Of a DNA stretch of 64,000 nucleotides, positions 31,301 to 39,995 are shown one piece after another (position 1 is the stretch's first letter; each line of letters opens with the position of its first letter). The translations under genes were made by a program, and so were the position numbers. A model generated the notes under the pieces. The model had not been told where the DNA came from. It was given only the letters and a program-made list of their open reading frames with translations, and searched no databases. Source of the stretch: an uncultured Poribacteria bacterium (lineage in GTDB: Bacteria; Poribacteria; WGA-4E; WGA-3G). The stretch is taken from NCBI GenBank assembly GCA_958296135.2, contig CATQHZ020000001.1:1216001-1280000 (forward strand), given 5' to 3'.

Positions 31301-31529
31301 CCATATAGCGATTGCGAACCTGCGATACGCCTTCGCGTTTCTTATGATATGGTTTCGCCTCGATGGCAATCGTCTGGTGTCCAGCGCGTTTTGCCATGAT
31401 ATCCGGCGTTGCCTGACTTCCCACGAAGGGAGAAGCCTGCTCAATTGTCCAGCCAGGGCACATTTTCCGCAGCATTTCGGCGATGTGTGGCGTGATTGTC
31501 GTTTCGTGTTGTTCGTGTTGTTTTGGCAT
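28326..31529 (-). CDS. fused restriction endonuclease/N6-adenine methyltransferase (type IIG/IIC-like)
   Basis: N-terminal TPDI...IEAK; motif I VADFACGTGALL precedes motif IV IQNPPF (gamma class); long C-terminal TRD-like region. Confidence 0.8.
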   Translation of the reverse strand: MPKQHEQHETTITPHIAEMLRKMCPGWTIEQASPFVGSQATPDIMAKRAGHQTIAIEAKPYHKKREGVSQVRNRYMGRELTPKWVGVSDTLHAAMVIRYPKDVMESSGENLVRALKDADNIEYLLIGETRGKPYQFPREGYARGTLADIANALQVGAVPQEQIDNAVAQMDRDIKVAATWLEHAVAENDAMCDVLEEILDQKVKVPESETMAELLEETPELKVSEQTCRMACLVITNAFVFQNAIAGKKTEDNKAQEPHKKDLRFVNPLSYYAGRAMDYREVVEDWETILGVNYQPIFKDALRMLRKAFIYDVAMMNKVLEKLCHAADTLVQSHLPQIHELAGEIVQRLIIDRKYVKTNYTLPTSAALLAALVCPDINVNTLPKVADFACGTGALLNGVYKRVQRLHEQKTGRSSVKIHRAMMENNLAGADIYSHNTHITFATMASAHPKVTLGATRVITAPYGEMKTAEGNTLYATGSLELLNAEEFEITELAAEQLHGDSEESPVIMNRRYPDGEMDIVIQNPPFSRHGADNNSKKARKGVFVSHQHSKHDEKKMKKALARKDTRVTHGQAGLGNYFAELADRKLKRGGIMGIILPISCLTGVSWQKLRNLWATEYHNVTVVTIAEDDKSDSAFSADTGMAECIVVATKGIGENTGRGRFVCLEHRPKSNLEASIIGEYLHTLQHPSQVEDIPHGGTRLTIGEQQIAQVIECPTPNDEVWSAARTKSMATLQTAHRLRNGQIWLPLQLAPLEIPMARVGEIAQTGFDPKTIQGDAGPFEIIESQEASKALYPCVGKASCEEQRSMVIQPNAEGVVRHENREHLPKVLDTNSRMHYYMLPTFSATSQLAMLTEHSSIGASAITNIKFANFQQEAAFALWCNSTFGFLCHWMHSAKDQTARGKIWVTALKALPTLDLRRLDVSELTAAEKIFADIANRRMKPLRECDEDTWRHILDARLLAEVLGITDDETHKALHTLREMLSQEPSIKGTVKRQCNLANEREKLRARGIQLPGSEADDAAALKAQQQRLIRDDIYLPGVNEKQGTLRFDEQQPKTLREQLEFIAKG

Positions 31530-31681
31530 TTCTCATTCTTCTTTGCGGCACCTATTCCCCGTAGGGCGAGGGAAACCTGTCCCTCGCCATGTATCGGGGC
31601 CCGCGCGGGGTTCGCGGGGGAAACCCGCGGCAGTTAGTGACTGTCGGGCCCCCGCGCTCCGGTAATCCCTACCCGTAAATT

Positions 31682-32404
31682 CTACCTGACCGATTTCAGA
31701 TACCCCCACGTCGTTGCCAATTTGCTTTGCGCATCTACCGGCAACGAGGGACCGTCCGGCCCGTAAACCACAACATCGTCATACTTCGCAACGGTGCTCC
31801 ATGTCGCCAAACCGATGCGCCCCACGCCGCCTTCCGTATCGTCGTCTACTTTCGCGACTTCCTCATCGTTGAGGATTACCGTGTAGTCGTCCGGCGTGTT
31901 GACTATCTTGATGTTGTACCACTCTTTGTCGTCAATCGTGTGGTTGCTATTCGCGCCTGCCTTGCCGCCCCACGATTCTACCTGCGAGCGAGAGTTTCCC
32001 CAACCGCCGAGGTTCCACCAGTATTCTAACGACGGTTTGAGTTTCTCCATGCGCGGCGGATGGTCTTCAAGGGCCTGCCCGCGGGCTTGCATCAGGCCTT
32101 GGCACCGAAACATGATCAGGAATCCTTCTGCGCCGCTAGTCTTATTGCCGCGCACCTCGAAGGTGTATTCGCTCCATGCGTCATCCCAGAACTCATCTGC
32201 GACGACGCTCATGCAGTTCGGGGTATTCTGGAGTTGATGGTATTCATCGCTTTTGAATTCCCATTCTCCAAAAAGCGGGACCCATTTCTTCTCGGATTCT
32301 TTCGCGTCGTCGAAGTTATCCTCGAAATAGGTTTGCGCGATAGCCACCGCCGCGATGCCGATAGTCATGGCACATAAGGCGATGAATAGATTACGTATTT
32401 TCAT
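31682..32404 (-). CDS. secreted DUF1080/LamG-like protein with Poribacteria-type C-terminal motif
   Basis: Signal peptide; GRIGLAT...YDDVVV; VDAQSKLATTWGYLK tail. Confidence 0.65.
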   Translation of the reverse strand: MKIRNLFIALCAMTIGIAAVAIAQTYFEDNFDDAKESEKKWVPLFGEWEFKSDEYHQLQNTPNCMSVVADEFWDDAWSEYTFEVRGNKTSGAEGFLIMFRCQGLMQARGQALEDHPPRMEKLKPSLEYWWNLGGWGNSRSQVESWGGKAGANSNHTIDDKEWYNIKIVNTPDDYTVILNDEEVAKVDDDTEGGVGRIGLATWSTVAKYDDVVVYGPDGPSLPVDAQSKLATTWGYLKSVR

Positions 32405-32548
32405 GATAAAAATCTCCTGCATATTTATGGATGGCTGTGAACCACCCCGTGCGGCATGGCGGGGGAAACCCTCGCCCTACGGTATGGGATGGCATCGTCC
32501 ATCCGTGCAATTGTGATATGGACAGTTATAGAAATCTGTCCTGACAGT

Positions 32549-34165
32549 CTAATGATTCAGCGAAAACTCTGCTGAATTGAGCAAAACCCAGTAGATGTCT
32601 TCGTAAGCCAAATCTTTGTTACGATACAAACTCCGTTCTAAGTAGCGTTGGAAATAGGTTTTCTCTTTCGTTGTCGGCGGTCGCGAGAGGACGGTGAGGT
32701 AGATATACTCCAGCCGCTCCATCGGTTCGCGCCATTTTTCTAGTACGTAGTGGATGAAGCTGCCGCGCGTGTCGTGGTTTGCGCTGTCGTTGACGAGCGT
32801 GCCGTTAATCATCATGAGAGCCTGCGGGACGGTGCCGTTGAACGCCTCAATTTCTTCCATCTCGCCGTTGTTCAGCAGGAAGAGGAACCGATTCAAGTGC
32901 TGTCGTTTCATCGCCGCCAGTTGTCCACGGTTGCGCCGTTTTTGGAGTCTCTCAAACCCTGTTGCTTGCAGCATGGAGTGGAAAAACTGTTCTGCGCTGA
33001 GCGGCTTCACATACGCGTGCGAGTAATAGAGTTCATCGTCCTTGTTGCTCTTATTCGTCTCGGAGGTGCGTTGATACGCCTCCGAATTGAGGATAGTCCG
33101 CATGAGACTCTGGAGATTATAGCCGTGGATGACGAAATCTTCTGCGAGCCATTCTAGCAGTTGTGGGTTCGTCGGCTGGTTTTCCTCGCCGAACCCGTCC
33201 AGTGGTTCGACAAAGGCGCGGCCCATGAAGTGTTTCCAGATACGATTGACGATTGCCTTACTGAAGTAGGGATTCGTCTTATCGGTTATCCACTGCGCGA
33301 GTGCTGCCCGCTTTTTGCGGCGCGGTCCTTTGTATTCGGTGCCGTCTAGGAACCGCGGCGGAATGGCTTCGTTTGTGCCTTCCACCCAAATCGCGCCTTC
33401 CTCCTTGTTTATCAGGCGGTAGTCCATCATCCTCTCTTGGGCAGCGTCATCCATTTTCATTTTTTTGCGTTCGATGTCTATGCCGTTGAAGAAGGCGGCG
33501 ATGCCGTAGAAGTCGGTCTGCCGCCACGCTTCTGTCTTGTGGTCGTGGCATTCGGCGCACTGCATCGGGAGTCCCAAAAAGAGGCGCGTGGACTGTGCGG
33601 TGAGGAAGACGGGCGATCTTTCGTATCGCTGGATGTAGTTTGTCGCCTTGTTCTCCGCCAAAACGCCTTCGGCTGCGATAAGTTCGGCGACGAACTGGTT
33701 GTAGGGCATATTGGCTGCGAGTGCCTCTCTCACCCATTCGGTTAATCCTTTGCGCCGTTCGTCGCCATCTGCGCGCCGTCCGATGAGCCAGTTTACCCAG
33801 AGGCCGCTCCAATAGTCAAGGTATGCCTCGCTCTCAAGCAGCCGTTCGATTTTCTTGGCGCGCTTGTTGGGTGAGCCGTCTCGGATAAAATCTGTCACTT
33901 CTTCGGGCAGCGGGATTTTTCCGGTCAGATCCAAGTGTACGCGGCGCAGGAATTCTGCATCTTTGGATTGCTTGGAAGGTTGTATCCGCTCGCGTTTTAG
34001 CACGGCATCAATGTGCCGGTTGAGGTGCTTGGTGCTTGATGGCACGTGCCGCGTCGCCGTAGACGGGACTTTGGTGCAATTCAGTGCCAAAAAGGCGAAA
34101 GCGAGCAGAATGGCACTGTGGCCCACTCTCTTGCTGTGGCCCACTCTCTTGCTGTGGAAAGTCAC
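32549..34165 (-). CDS. DUF1549/DUF1553 (PSCyt2/PSD1) domain protein
   Basis: FLRRVHLDLTG, CAECHDH, IVNRIWKHFMGR, WVLLNSAEF. Confidence 0.88.
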   Translation of the reverse strand: MTFHSKRVGHSKRVGHSAILLAFAFLALNCTKVPSTATRHVPSSTKHLNRHIDAVLKRERIQPSKQSKDAEFLRRVHLDLTGKIPLPEEVTDFIRDGSPNKRAKKIERLLESEAYLDYWSGLWVNWLIGRRADGDERRKGLTEWVREALAANMPYNQFVAELIAAEGVLAENKATNYIQRYERSPVFLTAQSTRLFLGLPMQCAECHDHKTEAWRQTDFYGIAAFFNGIDIERKKMKMDDAAQERMMDYRLINKEEGAIWVEGTNEAIPPRFLDGTEYKGPRRKKRAALAQWITDKTNPYFSKAIVNRIWKHFMGRAFVEPLDGFGEENQPTNPQLLEWLAEDFVIHGYNLQSLMRTILNSEAYQRTSETNKSNKDDELYYSHAYVKPLSAEQFFHSMLQATGFERLQKRRNRGQLAAMKRQHLNRFLFLLNNGEMEEIEAFNGTVPQALMMINGTLVNDSANHDTRGSFIHYVLEKWREPMERLEYIYLTVLSRPPTTKEKTYFQRYLERSLYRNKDLAYEDIYWVLLNSAEFSLNH

Positions 34166-34229
34166 GATGGATGAACCTCTTCGCTAGGACTTACGCAGAA
34201 TTGAATTGCGTCATTCCTGGTTTTTTTTA

Positions 34230-34258
34230 AGTTTAACCTATTCTTTGCGCGATGTCAA
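34230..34258 (-). promoter_or_regulatory. sigma70-type promoter
   Basis: TTGACA-17 bp-TAAACT on minus strand. Confidence 0.6.
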
Positions 34259-34266
34259 GGAAAAGC

Positions 34267-35319
34267 CTAATTCCATCGAACGCCGGTTGGAATGATGCCG
34301 ACATCTTCGCCGCGCTGCATCGCTTCGGCTGCATCGATAATGCTCGCCAGATCGTGCTGCGGTTCAAAACCGAGCAATCTTCTGATTTTGCTCAGGTCAA
34401 ACTCAAAGTAGTTTGCAGTCGGCATCTGCACCTCCACTGCTTCCAGATAATACCGTCTGCACAGATAGGGGATGATTTCCTCGTAATCGAAGAGCCCCTT
34501 CCCGCCGAGGGTGAATTCCTCCCCGATGGCGGCATCCTTCTCCAGCCCGAGTATTAGCCCTTGGACGATGTCACGGATATCGGTGTAATGCTCTTTATAG
34601 GCGCGGCCGTCTGGGCTGAGTTTTTTGACAAATTTCTCTTCGCCGTTCCACCCGGCTCTCACCATGTGCGCCGCGACGATGTCAAGCGGCCGGTCTCCCC
34701 TGTAATTCTTGTAGCGTTGATAGAGGGGGCTCAAGATGAACTGCTTCGGCATGCCTTCTTCGTTGAGGAATTCGCTGGGTTCAATCACCGTTGTGAAGCG
34801 GAAGACGGTAGTGGGGATGCCGTATTGGTGGTGATACGACATGCATAGTTCCTCGCCAATCCATTTCGTAAGGAAGTAGGGCATCGCGTGGTATTTTGCC
34901 ACCATTTCCTCGGTTATCGGCTCCTCGAAAATCCGCCATTTTTCGGTAACCTCCCAGTAAATCGCTTCGGTGCAGGCATAGACGAGGCGATGGATGTTGG
35001 GGTTGAACTCGCGGATACACTCAAGCAGGTTGAGCGTGCCCATGCCGTTAATAGCGAGATAGTCGCGGTTGTTGAAAGGCCCGCCGAATGCGGCGGCGAT
35101 GTGGTAGATAGCATCAACGCCTTCCACAGCGTTTTTGACATCCTCGTATTCGCGCAGATCGCCGAGCACCGTCTCGACGCGTTCGTATCCATCTAGGCGG
35201 TTGACGCGGTGGATATCGCCGGGATAGACGAAGCTGCGGATGTCGTGTCCTTTTTCTAATAATTTTCTGACAAGATTCGATCCGATGCGGCCTGTGCCGC
35301 CGGTGACTAAGATTTTCAT
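34267..35319 (-). CDS. NAD-dependent epimerase/dehydratase
   Basis: ILVTGGTGRIG, YFLTK motif. Confidence 0.88.
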   Translation of the reverse strand: MKILVTGGTGRIGSNLVRKLLEKGHDIRSFVYPGDIHRVNRLDGYERVETVLGDLREYEDVKNAVEGVDAIYHIAAAFGGPFNNRDYLAINGMGTLNLLECIREFNPNIHRLVYACTEAIYWEVTEKWRIFEEPITEEMVAKYHAMPYFLTKWIGEELCMSYHHQYGIPTTVFRFTTVIEPSEFLNEEGMPKQFILSPLYQRYKNYRGDRPLDIVAAHMVRAGWNGEEKFVKKLSPDGRAYKEHYTDIRDIVQGLILGLEKDAAIGEEFTLGGKGLFDYEEIIPYLCRRYYLEAVEVQMPTANYFEFDLSKIRRLLGFEPQHDLASIIDAAEAMQRGEDVGIIPTGVRWN

Positions 35320-35537
35320 TTGTTTGCTCCTTTTCTGTCAGGCGTTAACTGATTAACTAGTGTTGGTTTGCCTGCCCAAACGTCAGCGTTCGCCTCCATA
35401 AAAAGGAGCTGATTAAAGTCAGTTTCACTCACGGTGAACCGCTGATATTTCGTCCTTTCTATTTTGCGGCAGTTGGCTTCATGCTCAGATGGGCACGCAT
35501 ACAACCTATTTGCGTCATCCAACAGCAATTTCTTCAC
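35316..35537 (-). CDS. small hypothetical ORF
   Basis: 4-bp overlap with the epimerase start; no recognisable motif. Confidence 0.25.
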   Translation of the reverse strand: MKKLLLDDANRLYACPSEHEANCRKIERTKYQRFTVSETDFNQLLFMEANADVWAGKPTLVNQLTPDRKGANK

Positions 35538-35574
35538 TTTAGTTTCCTTGCGGGCTAGCGTTAGTCCTGATACG

Positions 35575-35780
35575 CACCTATCGGGACAAGGATGTCCCTC
35601 CTACCGAAAAGGCCTATCGGGACCAGGAGGTCCCTCCTACCGCATGTGCACCTAGCGGGACCGGGAGGTTTCTCCTACATCGAGACCAGGAGGTTTCTCC
35701 TATGGAATGCTCACCTATCGAGACCAGGAGGTCCCTCCTACGGAATGTGCACCTATCGAGACCGGGAGGTCTCTCCTACT
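35575..35780. repeat. tandem REP array (family 1), 6 units
   Basis: Units of CCTATCG(G/A)GACC(A/G)GGAGGT(C/T)(C/T)CTCCTAC with related 0-12 bp linkers. Confidence 0.85.
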
Positions 35781-35793
35781 GAAGGCACTGCGC

Positions 35794-36255
35794 TCAGAAA
35801 TAGGTTTGCTCGCCGCCGTAATGACGTTCTGCCTTCGGGCGTTCGTCAAATTGCCACGGCCAGTTGACAGGAATAATGCCCTCGTCAAAATAGGTGTCGG
35901 TTATCTGCCAGAATTGCAGGCGCGGGTAATGCCTACCGTTATGTGCCAGTGTGCCTTCTTCTTCAGCAAGGTTTCGCATGCCGCGCGTGACAGGATGCAA
36001 GGTGATGAAAATGCCGATGGCGGCGTTTGCGTCTCGCATCGCTGTGCGGAAGGCTCGCACCTGATTCAGGTTCAAACTCTTCCCGGATTTTACCTCTGCA
36101 ATGATAGGCAATTTCGTTTGCGCGCCCTCAGCGAGGAAGATGTTATAGTTGCGTCCGCTGTTGTAAGGCGGATCGAGATAACATATATGGTAGCTGCCAC
36201 TTTCCATCTCTCGCATGACATTGAGGTTGTCGCCGAAGTAAAGTGCGTTTTTCAT
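35794..36255 (-). pseudogene. internally deleted DNA methyltransferase/Mrr-like fusion (open frame retained)
   Basis: First ~42 aa match 2221-3261 (NALYFGDNL...DPPYNSGRNYN); remainder (IIAEVKSG...YPRLQFWQI) matches the C-terminus of 58662-60150. Confidence 0.8.
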
Positions 36256-36290
36256 GAGTTATCCCAGATGCGGGTGATGCGTCTCACCAC

Positions 36291-37018
36291 TGTAGGCGGC
36301 CTCTCTCTACCGCGGAAACCGAAATCGCTTTGTTGGGAACACTAATCCTGCTGCGTTGCCTCGTTGCGTTTTTCGGCGGGGGTGGGTTCGGTGAAATCGT
36401 CGCCGGCGGCTTCGGCTGTCCGTCGGCGTGCTTCCCATTCAGCCCACTCACGGTTCGCAAGTTCTCTGCCGCGTGCTTCACCGATTGCCTCGCCGATTGC
36501 CTCGCGTATCTTCTGCCGCCGCTCAATCTGCTCCTTGATTAAACCGTATAAAATCATCGGAACCTCCACAAATAAAAATAAAATCAGAACGGGAATAGCC
36601 AGTGCCGTTGGAATACATCCCGTGGTATCAACGACAATCGCCCGCAATTGTAGGCGGCATCTTTCTACCGCGGAAACCGAAATCGCTTTGTTGGGAGCAC
36701 TAATCCTGCTGCGTTGCCTCGTTGCGTTTTTCGGCGGGGGTGGGTTCGGTGAAATCGTCGCCAGCGGCTTCGGCTGTCCGTCGGCGTGTTTCCCATTCAG
36801 CCCACTCACGGTTCGCAAGTTCTCTGCCGCGTGCTTCGCCGCGTGCTTCACCGATTGCTTCGCCGATTGCCTCGCGTATCTTCTGCCGCCGCTCAATCTG
36901 CTCCTTGATTAAACCGTATAAAATCATCGGAACCTCCACAAATAAAAATAAAATCAGAACGGGAATAGCCAGTGCCGTTGGAATACATCCCGTGGTATCA
37001 ACGACAATCGCCCGCAAT
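36291..37018. repeat. tandem duplication, 358 + 370 bp units
   Basis: 36291-36648 vs 36649-37018 nearly identical; 12-bp indel (one EARG repeat). Confidence 0.9.
36342..36557 (-). CDS. 71-aa ORF, duplicated C-terminal part of the upstream membrane protein
   Basis: GGAGG-5 nt-ATG; MILYGLIKEQIERRQKIREAIGEAIGEARG... Confidence 0.45.
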   Translation of the reverse strand: MILYGLIKEQIERRQKIREAIGEAIGEARGRELANREWAEWEARRRTAEAAGDDFTEPTPAEKRNEATQQD

Positions 37019-37182
37019 GTCTCATAGCCGGTCCAGCCTTTTGACAAATGATAGTTAATTGCCATCCCGCCATAAACTGAGATAAGGGCACAAAAGATGA
37101 GTAGCGCGGTACCTACCCATCCGCGCCGAACACTGAAAAACTGCACCCGGTCTTTGTCTTTGGGCTGTTCATTCTGCTTCAT
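36700..37182 (-). CDS. hypothetical protein with 2 TM helices and EAIG/EARG repeats
   Basis: AGGAGG RBS; promoter TTGACA-17-TACAAT at 37248-37220. Confidence 0.7.
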   Translation of the reverse strand: MKQNEQPKDKDRVQFFSVRRGWVGTALLIFCALISVYGGMAINYHLSKGWTGYETLRAIVVDTTGCIPTALAIPVLILFLFVEVPMILYGLIKEQIERRQKIREAIGEAIGEARGEARGRELANREWAEWETRRRTAEAAGDDFTEPTPAEKRNEATQQD

Positions 37183-37364
37183 GCACTGTTTCCTCCTCCT
37201 CTCAATGGAGGTATATTGCATTGTAACACAAAATGACGTGGATGTCAAGTTTTTTAGACGAATGCAGCATTTTTTAGTTTTTAGTTGGTAGAGAGGAGGC
37301 GTTCTCGGTGGTTTTTAGCCGTGGGGCGCGGGAAAACCTGTCCCTCGCCCTGCTGTTCTCTCGC

Positions 37365-39002
37365 TCAGAAACTGATGGCGTATCCATCTGTTCTCGGGTC
37401 GGAGCCGCCGATGAGCGCGCCAGAGTCCGGGTGAACCGTGATAACTTGTGCACTGCCGGGCCCGCCCCAATCGTTGAGGATTTGGAGTTCGTGTCCCTTC
37501 TTCGCCAAACTTTCCTGTACCTCTGCCGGAAATCTGCCTTCTAATTGGAGGTGGTTGGAGCAGACGTGCGGAATTGTGGATTCCATCGGGTTCTGCAAAC
37601 TGCGCCAACGCGGTGCTGCGACTGCCTCTTGTGGTGTCATTCCGAAATCGAGGATGTGTGTCACGAGTTGCAGGTTCGTTTGCACTTGTGTATCTGCGCC
37701 GGGGGTACCGCACGCTAGCAATGGTTTCCCATCTTTCGTGACGATAACAGGATTCATCGTGTGGCGGACGCGCTTGCCCGGCATCAGGCAGTTGGGATGC
37801 CCTTCTTCTAAATGCCAATAAGTCATTCGGTTGTTCAGCAGGATGCCGGTATCGCCTGCGATGAGACTGGAGCCGAATCCGGATTGGATGCTCTGTAGCA
37901 CACAGACAAGATTTCCCGCCCGGTCTGCTGTGCAGAAGCATGTTGTATCCTCGTGTGCCTCTGGGCCGCCTGCGGGGACATCGATGGCTGCGGTGTCCCG
38001 CTTGATACGTTCTAACTGCTCTGCGGCATAAGTTTTGGACAACATGCCTTCCAACGGAATGTCCACCCAGCCCGGGTCTGCCATATATTTCTCCCGGTCG
38101 GCGAAGGCGAGTTTTTTCGCTTCCACCATCAGATGCACACTTTCAGCGGTGTTGCATCCAAGCTCTTGCATATTGAACAATTCGACGATGTTCAGTTCCT
38201 GCAACAGAATATGCCCGCTGGAATTGGGTGGCATCTCGTAGACTTCGTAGCCGCGGTAGTTGACGTGAATCGGTTCTGCCCAGTGCGCGTGGTAATTCCC
38301 CAGGTCATCGGCGGTTAGCAGGCCGTCGTGATGACGGCTAAATTCTCCGATGACTTTAGCGATTTCGCCTTCATAGAAAACCTTGCGTCCTGCTTGGGCG
38401 ATTTTCCGAAGCGTCGCGCCGAGGTTCTTATTATTGAGCAGTTCGCCGGGGGCAATCGGTTCGCCGTCCTTTGTGAAGATGGCGCGGCTATCCGGTTCAG
38501 AAGAGAAACGTGTGAGCTCCCCTCGGAGGCCGTTGGCCAGCCGATAACTGATCGGAAACCCTTCCTCGCAGAGGGAAACTGCGGGTTCAAAGACTTTCTC
38601 TAAGGCGAGCGTCCCGTAGCGTTCGTGCGCGAGGAGCCATCCATCAACGAGGCCGGGCACGGAGACGCTCCGCATCCCTTTCATCGGGATGCCGCCGGTG
38701 TTGAGATAGGTTTCGCGGGTGGCGGCGCGCGGGGCCGGACCTGTTGCATTCACCGCGGCGACTTGCCCGGTTTCGGCCCAGTAGATGAGGATAAACCCGT
38801 CGCCGCCGACCCCGGAGCCAGCGGGTTCAACTACGCCGAGTGCGGCGGCGGTTGCGATGGCGGCATCGACGGCGTTGCCGCCTGCCATCATCGTCTGGAT
38901 TCCGGCTTGCGAGGCGAGCGCGTGGCCAGAAGTGACTATCCCGTTTCTGCCCATCACGGATGGGCGAAACGCTGATGCGGTGATTCCATGTGGAGATTGC
39001 AT
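37365..39002 (-). CDS. ggt: gamma-glutamyltransferase
   Basis: GGNAVDAAIA, SGVGGDGF, EDTT autocleavage Thr, LLNNRM, PGKRVRHTM, GTPG, SDPRTDG. Confidence 0.92.
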   Translation of the reverse strand: MQSPHGITASAFRPSVMGRNGIVTSGHALASQAGIQTMMAGGNAVDAAIATAAALGVVEPAGSGVGGDGFILIYWAETGQVAAVNATGPAPRAATRETYLNTGGIPMKGMRSVSVPGLVDGWLLAHERYGTLALEKVFEPAVSLCEEGFPISYRLANGLRGELTRFSSEPDSRAIFTKDGEPIAPGELLNNKNLGATLRKIAQAGRKVFYEGEIAKVIGEFSRHHDGLLTADDLGNYHAHWAEPIHVNYRGYEVYEMPPNSSGHILLQELNIVELFNMQELGCNTAESVHLMVEAKKLAFADREKYMADPGWVDIPLEGMLSKTYAAEQLERIKRDTAAIDVPAGGPEAHEDTTCFCTADRAGNLVCVLQSIQSGFGSSLIAGDTGILLNNRMTYWHLEEGHPNCLMPGKRVRHTMNPVIVTKDGKPLLACGTPGADTQVQTNLQLVTHILDFGMTPQEAVAAPRWRSLQNPMESTIPHVCSNHLQLEGRFPAEVQESLAKKGHELQILNDWGGPGSAQVITVHPDSGALIGGSDPRTDGYAISF

Positions 39003-39116
39003 GAGTTTTCTCCGTTGCATGTGGACAACTATAGAAATCTGTCCTTACGTTCTGGACTAGGCGGTTTTTCCTACCGGCGAGAACTAAATGGTTTTGTTTC
39101 CTTGCAAAAGTGCCAT

Positions 39117-39956
39117 TTAGTTCTCAATTTTTGGAACAGGTCGATATTCCACGAGAGTCGAGCTACCCACTATTAGGACGATGCGCACCATCAACTCTTT
39201 CCCCCAAGCATCGGTGAGGTGCAAATCTTCTCCAAAACTGAAACGGACTGGTTGCTGTTTCCCTCCGTTGATAGCGATGTTGGTTGCATAAAGATAGGTG
39301 CGATCGATTGGATCAAGGATGGGATTTAAACGTCCTGTCAGCCCCGGCAAGTAACCCGTATCACTAGGAAAGATAGCCGATCCGCCATTGGGCAAGGTTT
39401 GCAGCTTAATTGCAAGCGCGCCTTGCGCCGGCACCCATTCTTTTTTAAGATGGGCGGCGAAACCAGGGGCTGCCGCATATACCGTCATCGGCAAGGCCAT
39501 GGTATACAGATCTACATGCGCTTCACCAGCATCGTTAGTGGTAGCCAGGTGCCATGTTTTGTTTGGGAAAAGCACTAAGAGTTCTATTCCCGACTGCGGG
39601 GTGCCGTCGTGACAAACTCGGATAACCGCGGCATGCGATGTCGGATCTGTGACAGCTTCCAAGGTTTCTGCGGGGATTGAAGTGTCAATACTTTCTGTCT
39701 TGCCAAAACTGTTGCTCACGCGCACCAGGTCAAGCACATTGATAAGGCCATCGCGATTGACATCCAGATTCGGATCAGCGGACTGTCCAAAGGCAGTAGC
39801 GACTAACACCAAGTCTTGGATGTTAACAACCCCGTCTTTGTTGACATCCTCAGGCAGTGTTGAAGTGTCACAGTGCCCGAATGCAGTAAGAGGATTGAAG
39901 AATCCCCCTATGGCAAGGGAAGTGTATAGGATGAAATAAACCAGTTGTTTGAACAT
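39117..39956 (-). CDS. secreted dockerin type I protein with uncharacterised C-terminal domain
   Basis: Signal peptide; DVNKDGVVNIQDL and DVNRDGLINVLDL repeats. Confidence 0.75.
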   Translation of the reverse strand: MFKQLVYFILYTSLAIGGFFNPLTAFGHCDTSTLPEDVNKDGVVNIQDLVLVATAFGQSADPNLDVNRDGLINVLDLVRVSNSFGKTESIDTSIPAETLEAVTDPTSHAAVIRVCHDGTPQSGIELLVLFPNKTWHLATTNDAGEAHVDLYTMALPMTVYAAAPGFAAHLKKEWVPAQGALAIKLQTLPNGGSAIFPSDTGYLPGLTGRLNPILDPIDRTYLYATNIAINGGKQQPVRFSFGEDLHLTDAWGKELMVRIVLIVGSSTLVEYRPVPKIEN

Positions 39957-39995
39957 GCTAATTGATTAACCTCCTTAGAAGTTTGGTATAAGCGT

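Noticed and set aside
35575-35780. CRISPR-like array of ~28-bp repeats
   Set aside because: Linkers are only 0-12 bp and resemble each other, the repeats are degenerate and dispersed across the window, and there are no cas genes. It is a REP tandem.
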